Shown here in pieces: positions 1-26,795 of a stretch of 64,000 nt of DNA; position 1 is the stretch's first letter, and each line of letters starts with the position of its first letter. The position numbers and the translations under genes were made by a program. Source of the DNA: Chrysomallon squamiferum. Taxonomy: Eukaryota; Animalia; Mollusca. The DNA lies in NCBI GenBank assembly GCA_012295275.1, contig CM022671.1, positions 29,512,001 through 29,576,000 on the forward strand. Direction: 5' to 3'. The notes under the pieces are model-generated. The model did no database searches and was not told where the DNA came from. It saw nothing but the letters and a program-made list of their open reading frames with translations.

Positions 1-170
1 AAAGAAATGACTTCACAGTGTTTAGTAAGGATTAATTTTCTTAGCATTTACACAGATGAATAATATTATTGTCACATTACATCTTGGAGAAGAAATACTT
101 CCTGGTCACGAAACTGAAGTTCGACGATTTACTAAGGATATTTCTTTAAAGCAGAACAGAACCAATCGGC

Positions 171-1379
171 ATGACAGAAACCGCGTTACCTAATATCAGT
201 GCAGTAGTATCTACTTCTTATTATTTAGTAACAGAAAAATCAACAGAAAATGTCACCTCTTTCGTAGCACTGAAATACGATCATGGCATATTTTTACCAT
301 TTTTCTTGCTTTTCTTGACGGCTGCAATAGAAAATGTAATAGGATGTATCGTTTTAATCAAAAAGAAGAAAAATAATGACGCAATTTCAACTGCTTTGGT
401 TGGCTTGGCAGTTAGTGGAGTATTATACTCTCTGTGTGGGTTGCTGAATCTTTCCATCTATCTGTACGTCACTCTGAGAAATCCTTACACCGTCCGTTTT
501 ATATATTGCAGCGTAACATTCTTCGCTCTGTTGTTATTCGTTCTTTACTCTGCTGAACAAATGCTGATAGTTAGCATAATTCGTGTGTTTTCAGTTTCAA
601 ACATTCAGTCGGTGTCTGCCTCCGATCGACAGTTCTCAAACAAAAAAGCCACAGTTTTAACCACTGCATCGTGGATTGTTTCAGCACTGGCCTGTATGAC
701 CACCATGGCGATAGATCATAGTGATCATTCACACGATCCATTATTTTGCAGGTTTAGATCCACACCTGGTGCATTTCCTTTGACAACTAGATTTCTAATT
801 TTTATGTACAGTATCTGTTACTTAGCCTGTGTAATGCTGTATGGAATTTCCATAGCAATACTCATCCGGCTGCATCTACGACGAAGGAAAATAGCTGTAT
901 TAAGGACGCCAAAGACGACGACTCCAATCCAGTCAAAAACATCAGACAATTATAAAATTTCACATCCAGAATCATTACAAGTCGAGAGCGTATCTACGAA
1001 GGAAAACATTCATCGTGATCAGCATTGTTTAAAACAAAAACCAAACCCAGTTGCAGAATTAATAATGGAATCAGTCCCTAGCACATCGAATAAAGAACAC
1101 GGCGGATCAAAAGATGTCGAAAAACAAACGTTTCACAAGCGTTCAAAAGTTCTTGTGGCGACATATATCGTTGGACTGTTAATTTTTGTTCATTCCGCCT
1201 CACTGATCCCTTGGATAGTGCAACTGATCCTTGCAACAAATCACAGGGAATCTGTCGATCGGATATTTAAGTCTATGGTGGTATCAATGGTAAATTTTCT
1301 AGTGAACCCATTCATTTATTTAATGTCTTTATCTGAAGTGAGAATAAGTGTTTTTAGGTGTTTAAAGTGCCGAAAATAA
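171..1379 (+). CDS. Single-exon rhodopsin-like (class A) orphan GPCR, 402 aa
   Basis: About 7 hydrophobic segments, N-terminal N-glycosylation sequons (NIS, NVT), TM1 'ENV', TM2 'LAVS', a long basic third intracellular loop, TM6 'LIPW' and TM7 NPxxY (NPFIY). The DRY position reads 'IIRV'. Confidence 0.8.
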   Translation: MTETALPNISAVVSTSYYLVTEKSTENVTSFVALKYDHGIFLPFFLLFLTAAIENVIGCIVLIKKKKNNDAISTALVGLAVSGVLYSLCGLLNLSIYLYVTLRNPYTVRFIYCSVTFFALLLFVLYSAEQMLIVSIIRVFSVSNIQSVSASDRQFSNKKATVLTTASWIVSALACMTTMAIDHSDHSHDPLFCRFRSTPGAFPLTTRFLIFMYSICYLACVMLYGISIAILIRLHLRRRKIAVLRTPKTTTPIQSKTSDNYKISHPESLQVESVSTKENIHRDQHCLKQKPNPVAELIMESVPSTSNKEHGGSKDVEKQTFHKRSKVLVATYIVGLLIFVHSASLIPWIVQLILATNHRESVDRIFKSMVVSMVNFLVNPFIYLMSLSEVRISVFRCLKCRK

Positions 1380-1403
1380 AATTTAAAAACTCCCAACAAA
1401 ACA

Positions 1404-1439
<36 letters not shown>

Positions 1440-2630
1440 TAAAATCTCAGAAAAAAAGAAAGTAAAAAAAACAACCGAAAATAATACAAACATATTTAAA
1501 GAAGAAATAAATCTTAAAACCGTATTTTTTATTTTAGGCTCATTCACAATTACTGTACGCATTATATCGCATGTGAGTAAAGTCTAAGACATGCTAAACG
1601 TGTTTATATCAAAATTCTCTAAGCACTGCATACCCCTCGGTCCTTTATATATTCATTATTTTCAATCAGAAAAACAAAAACATCCCAAGAAGATTATAAC
1701 ATTATACATAGGATAAACGTAATTCCTAAACAAACAAAACATTAAAAACACGATGAACCTTTCTGAAAGTGTCTCCATAAATCAGAGACAGTTCTTTCAA
1801 AAAAGAAGGGAAAAAAATAATAAGAATAAAAAACAAAAACAAAATTAAACAAAATTTAAAAAATTAAAAATTAAAAATTAAAAAATTAATGAATAAAAAT
1901 GAAACATGTAACAATAATAATAATAACAACAACAACAACAATTATTATTTTTATATAAATATAAAACTGGAATTGTGAGCATCATGATTATTATTATTAT
2001 TATTATTATTATTTTCCTTTCTATTTTTTTTTTTTTTTTTTTTTCTCTCGTTAGTCTTACTTTTTAACGATATGGAACAACAAAAGGGTACAGTTTTAAA
2101 ATAAATAAATAAATAAATGTTTAAAAATTGGCGCCGCCATTTTTCAGTAGTCGTGGCCTTATATCATACGGGCGGACCAATGTTCAGGCAGTGTTGTCAC
2201 CAAAACGATGACGTCATTACTAATTGTGAAGGGACAAAATGGTGGGGTGGCATTTGTTTATATATCAGTATTATTTTGTCATACTTGCTTCAGTACGATA
2301 AAGTAATAAAATATAATAATTTACAAGTATAATTAGTTTCATTAGTCCATTTCTTCGAACCGATTCGGGTACACTTTAATTCATGTTGTAAATGTATCTT
2401 TTCATTAAAATAAGAATAAACACTATGCTTCTGTTTTAATATTTATCGTACCAAAAATTACGATGATCAAGAAAGTCTTTGACGAATGATAATTATCACT
2501 GTGTGCATCGATTTTTTGAATTCAAGAAAGAAAGTTTTATGGTATTATTATTATCATCATCATCATCATCATCATCACTATTATATAAAAGTGTACAGAT
2601 TAATTGTTAACATAACAAAAACAATAATAA

Positions 2631-2673
<43 letters not shown>

Positions 2674-3029
2674 GGCAAACATACATGTCATTAAGAGTTG
2701 TAAAGGTAATAGTTTTTAGCATTACATGGTGTGATAGTTGAAACTGTTCCAGTAATAGCTGCCGGCTTTGTAAAAAAAAAAAAAAAAAAAATGCTCTCCT
2801 ATTTTTTTTATTACAGTACTAATTGCATTAAGCATTACTATTAGTAGTAGTATAATATATATTGAAGTAACTGAATGGTTATATTATTCAGAGAACTTGT
2901 AAGAATGGACAATATACTGAAGAAGAAGAAAGAAGAAAGAAAGTAAAAAGATTAAACAAAAAAGAAGCAAATCAAAGCTACATTTCAAACACCTTTACTG
3001 AAAAAGTATGACGGCTATAATGTACAGGC

Positions 3030-3077
<48 letters not shown>

Positions 3078-3164
3078 GTTTAATAAATGGAAAAGAAACG
3101 AAAAAGAAAAAAAAAGAAGAAAATATATTTACGATAAATATACAGACAAATAGATTATTGAAAA

Positions 3165-3196
<32 letters not shown>

Positions 3197-3204
3197 AATT
3201 AAAT

Positions 3205-17294
<14,090 letters not shown>

Positions 17295-19677
17295 CTTGTC
17301 AAACTTGGAAGTCCAGTTGCCGGCAACTTCCTACGAACTCGGTATTCTTCTTTAGTGTGTGTCGACTGTATGTAGCCAGGGATGCTTCCCTCGGAGGCCA
17401 CCAGAGGACATTGTTTACCTCCTAATTCCATGACACGCCGCCAACGACACGGATATTTATTCTCAATCTTTCTCTTCCTCACAACGTCTGCTTTGTTGAT
17501 AAATGAGGTGAAAAGCTGCCATGTACTTCGTGCATGAATCGACGCCAACATGGATGTTTGTACACATTCGAATTAACGACGGTATCCCCCTCTTTAATGT
17601 CAACGTGGAAGGTCGTTCATTGAACATTTTGATTTTATTATGGTGTAGTTGTTGCAGTTGGTTTATTTGTTTGTTGTGAATAATCGGAGACAGTTTGACG
17701 ATGTGGTTTCTTCGCAGAAGTCTTGTAAAACATAATATTAAAAGTAACTTGCAAAAATATTTTCCTATGCTTGAAAATGTGTTTATATTTAACAAAATTA
17801 AAACTAAAACAAAATAAAATTAAAAATAAAATAAATAAATACAATGTGTCGGATAAAATATATAAAATATATTTGCATATTTTAATGATGGTTTATGGAA
17901 TATATATATATATATATATTTATTGATTGATTGATTGGATCGGTAAATTATAATTAAAATAATTATTGTTGTTGTTCTTATTATTATTTAGTTTTTATGG
18001 TAGTTTATAATAATTTGTGTGTGAAACAAAGACAGAAAGAGAGAAATAATGAGAAATAATGTCTATACGCGTACAAACTACGAAATATGTCTCTCCAGAA
18101 TCTGCTGTCATCAGAGCATCATCACTGGGCATTTTACTATTAACGTATACTGTTATTGACGATATGAATAAAGGTTTATCTAATATTTCAGAATTGAGAT
18201 AACCTCATTTTTCTTCGTGATTTTTAAAAACTTTAAATAATTTTATTATAAAGAAAATAACAATAGAGGAGAAATCAGATTCGTACCTTCTTTAAGACTC
18301 AGGTTATAATGCAGTTAATTTATGGACTTATTACCAGATTGTTTTATTTTAAATTTGTTCGTATATTATTTTATTAGATTTTATTTTTTATTTTATTATT
18401 ATTTTCTGTTATTATTATCGCGTACATGAGCGATAGGAAGGAAAAGGCGAGAAACACCACAGAAGAAAAGACTGTTTGTTAGCAGAAGTCGATGTTTAAA
18501 TGATTTGTTATTATGGTGTTTAATCGAAATAGCAGTGGGGTTTTTTGGTTGTAATATGGTATTATTTTTTAATGTAAACGCTTTTTTTTTTATAATATAA
18601 GTCCATTTTGCAAAACTAGCTTTTGTTAGTAAATAAAAAATTATAATTTATACAAACTTTAATAACTCAGTAACTGGGTTAGTCAACTTAGTGTGTAGTG
18701 CAATAATGACTTGTCAAAACTCAAATGAGGAAGTTGAAGATGCATGAAAAAAATTGCTTTATGTGTATTAAACTTTGTTTAGATTTGATTAATTTTATTG
18801 TTTAGTCATTTTGTATTTTATGTGTAACCACATGAGGTAATGCACATGATCTAGGCTTAAGTGTTTTTACTCAAAAACAACAACAAAAAGAAAATGAGCA
18901 ACAACCAAGAAACAAAATAAATAATTCAAATGTTGCTGATACTTAATTATTTTATAAAATATAAGAGATCAGTTATGTTTACTTTTTTATGCTATCTTTA
19001 CAGGTTCATTTGTCCATGCTGATGTAATTGGATCAAGTCCCTAACACAGACAAAATATAATACAGTTTGATTACTTGTAGGAAATAGATATCATCTGACA
19101 GATTAGGTATGTTAACAGTTCACCTTGTTGGATAAGTGATTTCACAAATCCTGTGTTTTTGTACATCAGTTAATATTAAATTTAAACCCTGCTGTAAAGA
19201 TGACAGTGAAAGGAAATGTTCATTTGACAAGCTAAAAAGTGGCTCTTACAGTTTTAAATTAGATCTATTCCTACATAACTATTAGTTTTAGTTGCAGTGA
19301 GGTAACAAATCATAATAAAAGAACAGAATAATATTTTATGGCAAATCTTAGGTCTGAATTGGAAGTTTACCCATTAGACAAATATAATTATTTAATAAAT
19401 AAATTAACCAAGTAAAGAACTGGAAACACTGGATTATTTTGAATAAATGCCTTCAGAATGATGATAAGGTATAATTCTATTCATTTGTACAGTACGTTAT
19501 AACTTCTATTCTGAATATATTATGATATATATATGTACGTTATTTATTTTATTGAATTCTTTTTAAAATTTCTCTTTTAAAAATGGACAGCATTGTTTAG
19601 ATATTAAATTAAACTTTGGTGGATTTGAAATTTTAATCATTCTTTTTAATTGATCTTTTTATAGATAATCAGTTCTT

Positions 19678-22600
19678 ATGGACCAAAAAGCACTGAATAC
19701 ACTTGCGAATAATCTAGAGGTCATTTATAATGTCAATGATAATATAAGTGCTGGCAGTTATATTTACAGTGCCTCAATTTTTCTGACAAATTATTGTAAG
19801 ATTCCATTACCTACAAAATCATGGACTATATATTTCTGTCATGACCGTATGATCCAACCTGTATTCCTTCCAAGACCTGAAGGATATATTTTCAAAGATA
19901 TTAAAATTAAAATAACGCATATTAATGGCTGCTTGTTCAAGATAGAACCTATAGATGGATTCAGAGCCTTGAGACACAATGATACATTGGAAATAAACTT
20001 CCATGCAAAAGGATATTCTGTAGCCAGAACTGATCTCTATCCAAACTGGTATATTGTGTTTGAAGATCTCGAACCTGAATTGATAACAAATACTGTTGGT
20101 GAAGAACTTACTTTTGTGAACCCTTTTGAGGAACCAATCCAATGGAAGAGATTTGATTATGAATTACCCAGTGGCCGGGTAAAATATGATTTGTATGATC
20201 CTTTCACACCTGAAGTACGTTTTGAAAAAAATAAAACACAAGATGTAGGTAAATCACATCAATACATAATTCCATCACCAAAAAGTTTTTATGTTAAAGA
20301 AGGTAAGATCATGGATCTGAAAAATGAAAGATGGGCCATCACTACCGACAAGAAATTTATGCCAGAAGCAAAATATCTTTCAGGTAAATTAAATAAATTT
20401 AAAAAATTGACTTTAATGTTTTTCTTTCATTTATTACAATTTACAAATTCCTTGATGGGTTTTGTATTTTATGTATTTTTATTTAGGTTGGTCTTATGCT
20501 CCAAAAAAGCTTATTATTTTCATGCATATTTGATATTACAAATTATTAGTGCATTCTAATCTTTAATATGTATTCATTTTAGCAAGAATTGTAGTTATTA
20601 TTTATATTTTTCCTAATAAATAATATTTAACAAATAGGAGTGATCTACTTTTTTAAATGTACATGCTCTTTTTTGCAGAACAGATTGGTATATTTATTCT
20701 TGAAGATGTAGATCCACAAGCTGCTAGTAAACTATATACTCACACAATTAAACTTGTTAAAGAACAGAAGTATCATTCTGAAGGGTATCACATCAATGTG
20801 GAATCAAGATACCGATCAATAACTATTGAAGCAAAAACTCCTGCAGGCATTTTCTATGGCATTCAGACTTTGCTTTCAGTAGTGAAAGAAAACTATGTAC
20901 CAGAGGTTCATATATACGATGAACCAAGGTACATTTACAGGTAAATGTTTAAAATATGTCAGTTTTATCTGTCAGAGAATGGATGTTGAATAAATTGAGT
21001 GTATCTTCACAATTAATAAACCAAGCTATAGTTATACTGTTTTTGTTTTTTTATGTAGTACTCAAACTTTTGCTTTTGATTATCAACAAAACAGTATATA
21101 AAAATATTACCCACTTCAGAAATAATAAAGCATAGAATATGTTTAAATTGATAAGAGTAACTTATGGAGTGTTGATACTGACAGTAAGCTTTTTGTCTCT
21201 TGAGTCATATTATTCATATGACACCTTAACACTGTTAATAATATAATGGTATACTGAAATATCTTATATTTTAGTTTTTCCTAAAATATTTTGATGTAAT
21301 ATTTTTCATTCATATTTTTCTTCAGTTTAATTTATATTTGCTTGAGAATTTTAGTTTCTTTTTCTTCTGAATGATAATTTGTAAAAAAATTACTCCCACC
21401 CTCATCAGCCTTTGAATTTGGTTTTCACACATACTCTATACAGGGGCATGCACATTGATGTAGCTCGCAACTTTATTTCAAAAGAAGTAATTATGAAACT
21501 GCTGGATGCAATGTCAATGTACAAGTTGAATAAACTGCATCTTCATTTAACTGATGATGAAGGTTGGCGTTTAGAGATTCCAGGCCTACCAGAACTCACA
21601 GAGGTAAAAAATGTATTATCTCTGCTTGTTTAATATGTAACAGCATATACTTTTGAGTTATAAATAGATAAAAAGCAACTTTTTATTAAATATTCTTTAT
21701 ATAAATATGTGTGTGTGTGTGTGTGTGTTTTGCATCATGGAACTTACACTATATTTAATCATATATCTTGGTATTTTGTTTTTGTTTGGCAAAGAACAAG
21801 TATAAGATCTTAACCTGATTTCATCAAAGATAAGAATTACATGTATGTATAAAATGTGGTGAACTCTAGATTAGATCAAGTGTCTCAAACTGTATTGCAA
21901 TAAAGTATTGGTACTACATAATTTTTAGATTGGCAGTAAGAGAGGTCATGATATGGAAGAGAAAACATGTCTTTTACCTCTGCTTGGATCAGGACCCACA
22001 CCTTGTTCTCCTGCTTCTGGATATTACAGTGTGCAAGATTACAAAGACATCCTAACATATGCTCACAGTCGACATATAGATGTAATTCCAGAAATAGATG
22101 TGCCAGGACACAGCCATGCTGCAGTACGAGCTATGGAGGCCAGATACGATCGACTGCTTTCTGATAGCAAAGAAAAGGCAGAAGAATACCTGCTTACAGA
22201 CTTGGAAAGCTCAGAGGAAAATGTTTCCAATCTGATGTTTATGGCAAATTCTCTCAATCCTGGCTTGGAATCCACATTCAGATTTATTGACAAAATTATT
22301 GAAGAACTGAAAAAAATGCACAAAGGCATAAATGATTTAAAGATATTTCATTTTGGTGGCGATGAAGTTCCTTTTGAAGCATGGGAGAATTCTCCAGCAT
22401 GTCAGGCTTTGATCAAATCCAAAACTGTTTCATCATTTAATGATCTTATGCAGTATTTTGTTTCAAAAGTAGCAAAACTTGCACATAAACATGGCCTTAG
22501 CATTGCAGCATGGCAAGATGCTATGATTAATGGAAAAAACAATTTGATAATACCAAGGACGGAGTTTAAAAATGACAGTGTCATTGTGTATGCTTGGAAG

Positions 22601-25213
22601 AATGTCTGGGAGACTGGGATGGCCTCTGATGCTTACAAACTGGCTAATGAGGGGTATAAGGTGATGCATCATTTCTGGTCTATTTAAGGTGGGGTATAGT
22701 ATTTAAAGCTTATCTTGCCTGCATATCATTCATTTCTACTGGTTCATTGTTATATCAGAGGAACATTACTTACACTAAATTAATTTCTAAATATTAGGTT
22801 GATTTTTCCAACAAAGTTTTGCAGAATTTACGAAAGGAAAAGTAGTAATGAAGACTAAATGCAGGCTGGATAAATAACTGTTGCAAATTAAAATCATACA
22901 TTGGATTCAACCTGAAATTCCTTGGTGCTTTTCATATATGGATTCAGTGCAGTTCCAACACTCGAATTGGAGTTCGATATTTTAAAATATTAGAATTGGA
23001 ACTGAGACCATAAAATGACTTGACATTTGATTCTTCAGTCCTTTTCTTTTTTTCATATGCTCCGGTTTTTCTTCACTTATGTGTTGCTTCTTTTTTGAAT
23101 ATGTAAATCAACTATTGAATTTCAATCAGTTTTCAAACTGATCTCAGCCTAGTGCTTATTTAGCACAATATAAGGATTGCAGAATTTTGAAGTATGGTTT
23201 TAATTAGTTTGAAGTTTGGGGAAATGCTATTTCTGTTAAAGATATTTTGTTTTGTTTAACATATATGCCTTATACAAGTACACATTGAAAGTCTTTAAAA
23301 TCACAGTCATATATAAAAAAAAAATGACAACTTGTAGAGCATTGTGGTAACAGATTTCAAAATGTATTCATTTTCAGGTTGTAATGTCTCAGGCAACACA
23401 CCTCTATTTTGATCATCCATATGAACCAGATCCGGAAGAACGTGGACTCTATTGGGCTGCTCGTTATATTGACACACAGAAAACATTCTGTTTTAGACCT
23501 GACCATTTGTATGCAAATGCTGATGTTAAGCTGACAGGAGAACCCATTGAGAAAGATGATGTGTGCATGTTATCCAAAGTCAAGCTTGAAAAACCAGATA
23601 ACATTATTGGTATATTTATTCTTTGCTGAAATATTCTACAAATAAAACTTTTTTGGCTGAAAATTACCAGCAAAACATTCTTGTATTAGAAAGCATTTGG
23701 ATTTATTCATGTTTTTTTTAAATATTAAGACAGTTATCAGTTTCTTTCTTGTGCCTATAGATAACAGATTATATACAAGATTTCATATTTCTAATGATTA
23801 TGAACAGTTATTTTATCATTTAGCATGATAGAAATACCATGCTCAAGATTTATTCATAGGTGTTCATCTCTGAGATAATTATTACAGAAAAGAACTAAAC
23901 ATTTGATATTAAACGAAAATACATAATACCATATATTTGAAGGGCAGAAGACCAGAATGGCCTGGCTAAAAAGAAATAAGAAACAAGTTTGAATCATGAT
24001 CTTTATCAGATCCATCAGTGCCTGTATGTTGAACCCATGTTGGATACATTTAACTGTAACGTGAACTTAATATAATGTGTTAATAAGTTAAACATTTTTA
24101 TCTTAAAAAAGAAAGAAAAATGGGTTTTTGGGTTAAACCATGCTGGTTCCAGGCCTTTGATATGAAGCATTTTTATTCAAATAACACATTTTTTCATTCC
24201 AGGCATGCAAGGCCAATTATGGACCGAACTCGTCAGAACAGATGATCAGTTTTACTATATGGTTTTTCCTCGTCTACTAGCTCTTGCTGAGAGGGCTTGG
24301 CATAAAGCAGAGTGGGAAGATATTAGTAAAACGGGTTTAAATGTTGAGGAATCCAGATTAGAAAACTGGAATCACTTTGCAAGTGCATTAGGATACAGAG
24401 AGCTACTGAAGTTAGATGAAATGGGCATTGCATATCGTATACCTCTTCCAGGTGCAAGGTAAAGGAAATCTGTTCTGTTAAAAATTTACTTATTTTTATT
24501 TTGTTTCTTAATACATAATTATTATTTTTAGATCTGTCAATAATTAAAATGTTTTATTTGTCATACAGTTTTCTTAATAAAAGCAACAAAATATTTTTAT
24601 AAAGAGATATAATATTTTATGCATAAACTGAGTTCCAGTACTCAAAAACATTGAAAAAAGAGTAATATCCTTTCTCTCTAATTTTAAAAGTAGAGGATAA
24701 AAAATACTATAGATTGAACATCTGGACAGAATAAAGCTGATATACATATTTACATATAAGATAAGTCTTTTTCTTGCAGGGTTTGTTCAAAGACAAAACA
24801 TGTGGAAGCTAACTGTATTTTTCCAGGTTTACCAATAGAGTATAGTGTAAATGATGGACAAACATGGGAAATATATAAACATCCTTTTAAAGTTCCTGCT
24901 GTTGAAGATTATGTCTTATTAAGGACTTGGTAAGTCGTAGTGATAAAACATTTATGAATACAAATTAAATATTTGATTGATGCTTTTGGTTATTAACACT
25001 TAGTTTTCTTTTTTATCTTCTAACATTTTCTTAGAATTTTTAAATTGTAACTAACTGTAAACAATATAGATGATCAATATAAACTAGTTCTTAATGTGCT
25101 TTTGTAAGGTGGTGTATGTTTCAAATTTATTTCCAAATTATGCATTCTTTTTCAGCTCTGCAGATGGAAAAAGATTCAGTCGACAAATAAAATTGTCGCT
25201 GAAATCATCTTGA
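19678..25213 (+). CDS. GH20 beta-N-acetylhexosaminidase paralog, chitobiase-type, apparently without signal peptide or C-terminal anchor
   Basis: Exons approximately 19678-20383, 20679-20940, 21444-21603, 21929-22660, 23379-23609, 24203-24458, 24780-24929, 25156-25213, all in frame. Motifs RGMHIDVARNF, HLHLTDDEGWRLEI, PEIDVPGH, HFGGDEV, YFDHPYEPDPEERGLYWA. Ends SADGKRFSRQIKLSLKSS*. Confidence 0.9.
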
Positions 25214-26795
25214 TTTTACAGGAGCAAAATTACATACCTCTCAGTACGTTGGGAAATGAATTAATATCCTATGAAAAAAATGTACCAGTTGTTGACCAGA
25301 AGGACTTATATTTTAACAGTACTGAAACCTTCAACAAATAATTATTTTTGTGAAAGACATTTTGGACAAATAATAATTACCAGTAATGGAATTTCGGACA
25401 GATAGGTAGGTACCTGCAGTTCAAAACATTTATTTTTATGATTCATTTTTTTCCATCAATAACTTGGACAAAATGCAGTTAGAAAATGAATGGAACTACT
25501 TAACAAATTGTAAAAAAAATTTGAACCTTAGATAGGACATGCAATGAATTAATCTATTAAGATATTTATTCAATATTTATTCCACACTAAAATGTGTCTA
25601 TTAATTTGTTTTACACATTATAAAATATATTCAGTGAAGACATTTTTCAGTTATTGTTTTGCAAAGAAAGCATAGTTCTATCCAAAGCAGCCAAAGGATG
25701 TCATTTTGGTAGTAATTATTTTCTAATGCTGATGGCTGCACTTACATTTTGTTTTTCAGTTATTTTCATCCAAGTTTAATTGCAAGACATTAATTTTATT
25801 TTATATTTATCCTTGCTGTTACTTTTTAAAAAATAATTTAAAATCAACAGAAATAAAAGATGTTTCAGTTTAGATCATTTTCATGTTGTTGTTTTTTTAA
25901 ATATCTTTCTTTCTTACAGTTGACAGTTTAATACTGAAGTAAACCAATAAATACAAAAACATCAGGTTATGTTATTAATTAAGTAGCAACTTACATTTAT
26001 ATAATCACTTCAGCTGTTACATTTTGGCACTTTGTACAATATAAGATCATTAATTTCAAAGATGTTTATATATTTTGAAATATTTGTTTGATAGTGATAT
26101 GCTTGGAGTAACTAGTGATCATACCATAGATGTTTACAACCATAACAAATTTTCATCAAGAGACAGAACAAGTAATACACAAACAGTTACAATAACAGAT
26201 ACAAAAACAATAAAGAAATCCTCTTTATTTGCATTATTAGTATTTATTTATTTATATTATAAATATTTTAAGACTTCACTGTGTTAAACCATTCTATTTT
26301 ATTACTAAAATAAACAAATGCTTAATTGCTAGGTCACTAACAATAAACACAATTCTTTCAAAATACTGGTATAGAATTATCATCATTCTTCTAATAATTG
26401 TGTAGACAAAAACATAAATTGATGACATTAGTAAATATTGGAATATATATTTTGTACAGATATTAATTTTTATATATTAAATAATTGCAAAAGCTAAAAT
26501 ATAATTTGCATTATTTTATGTGGCAATTGCCTGAAATCCCTTCATTACAAGCCATAATGCAACTTTATAATCAGAATAATCACTTGAACCTGTTAATTAA
26601 TTTCCTTTATTTTTGTTTTTACTGTTTTCCTTTATACTGTCTTGATACTGGTTAATGGTGAAATTTTTAAACAATTATTACTCTATATTAATGGGGCTGA
26701 TTTTTTTTTTTTTTTTTTCTTTTGAAGTATTAACTTTGAATACAGGCCTGATTTTTAAATAATCACATTTTTTTACTGATTTTTTTTGAAAGACA

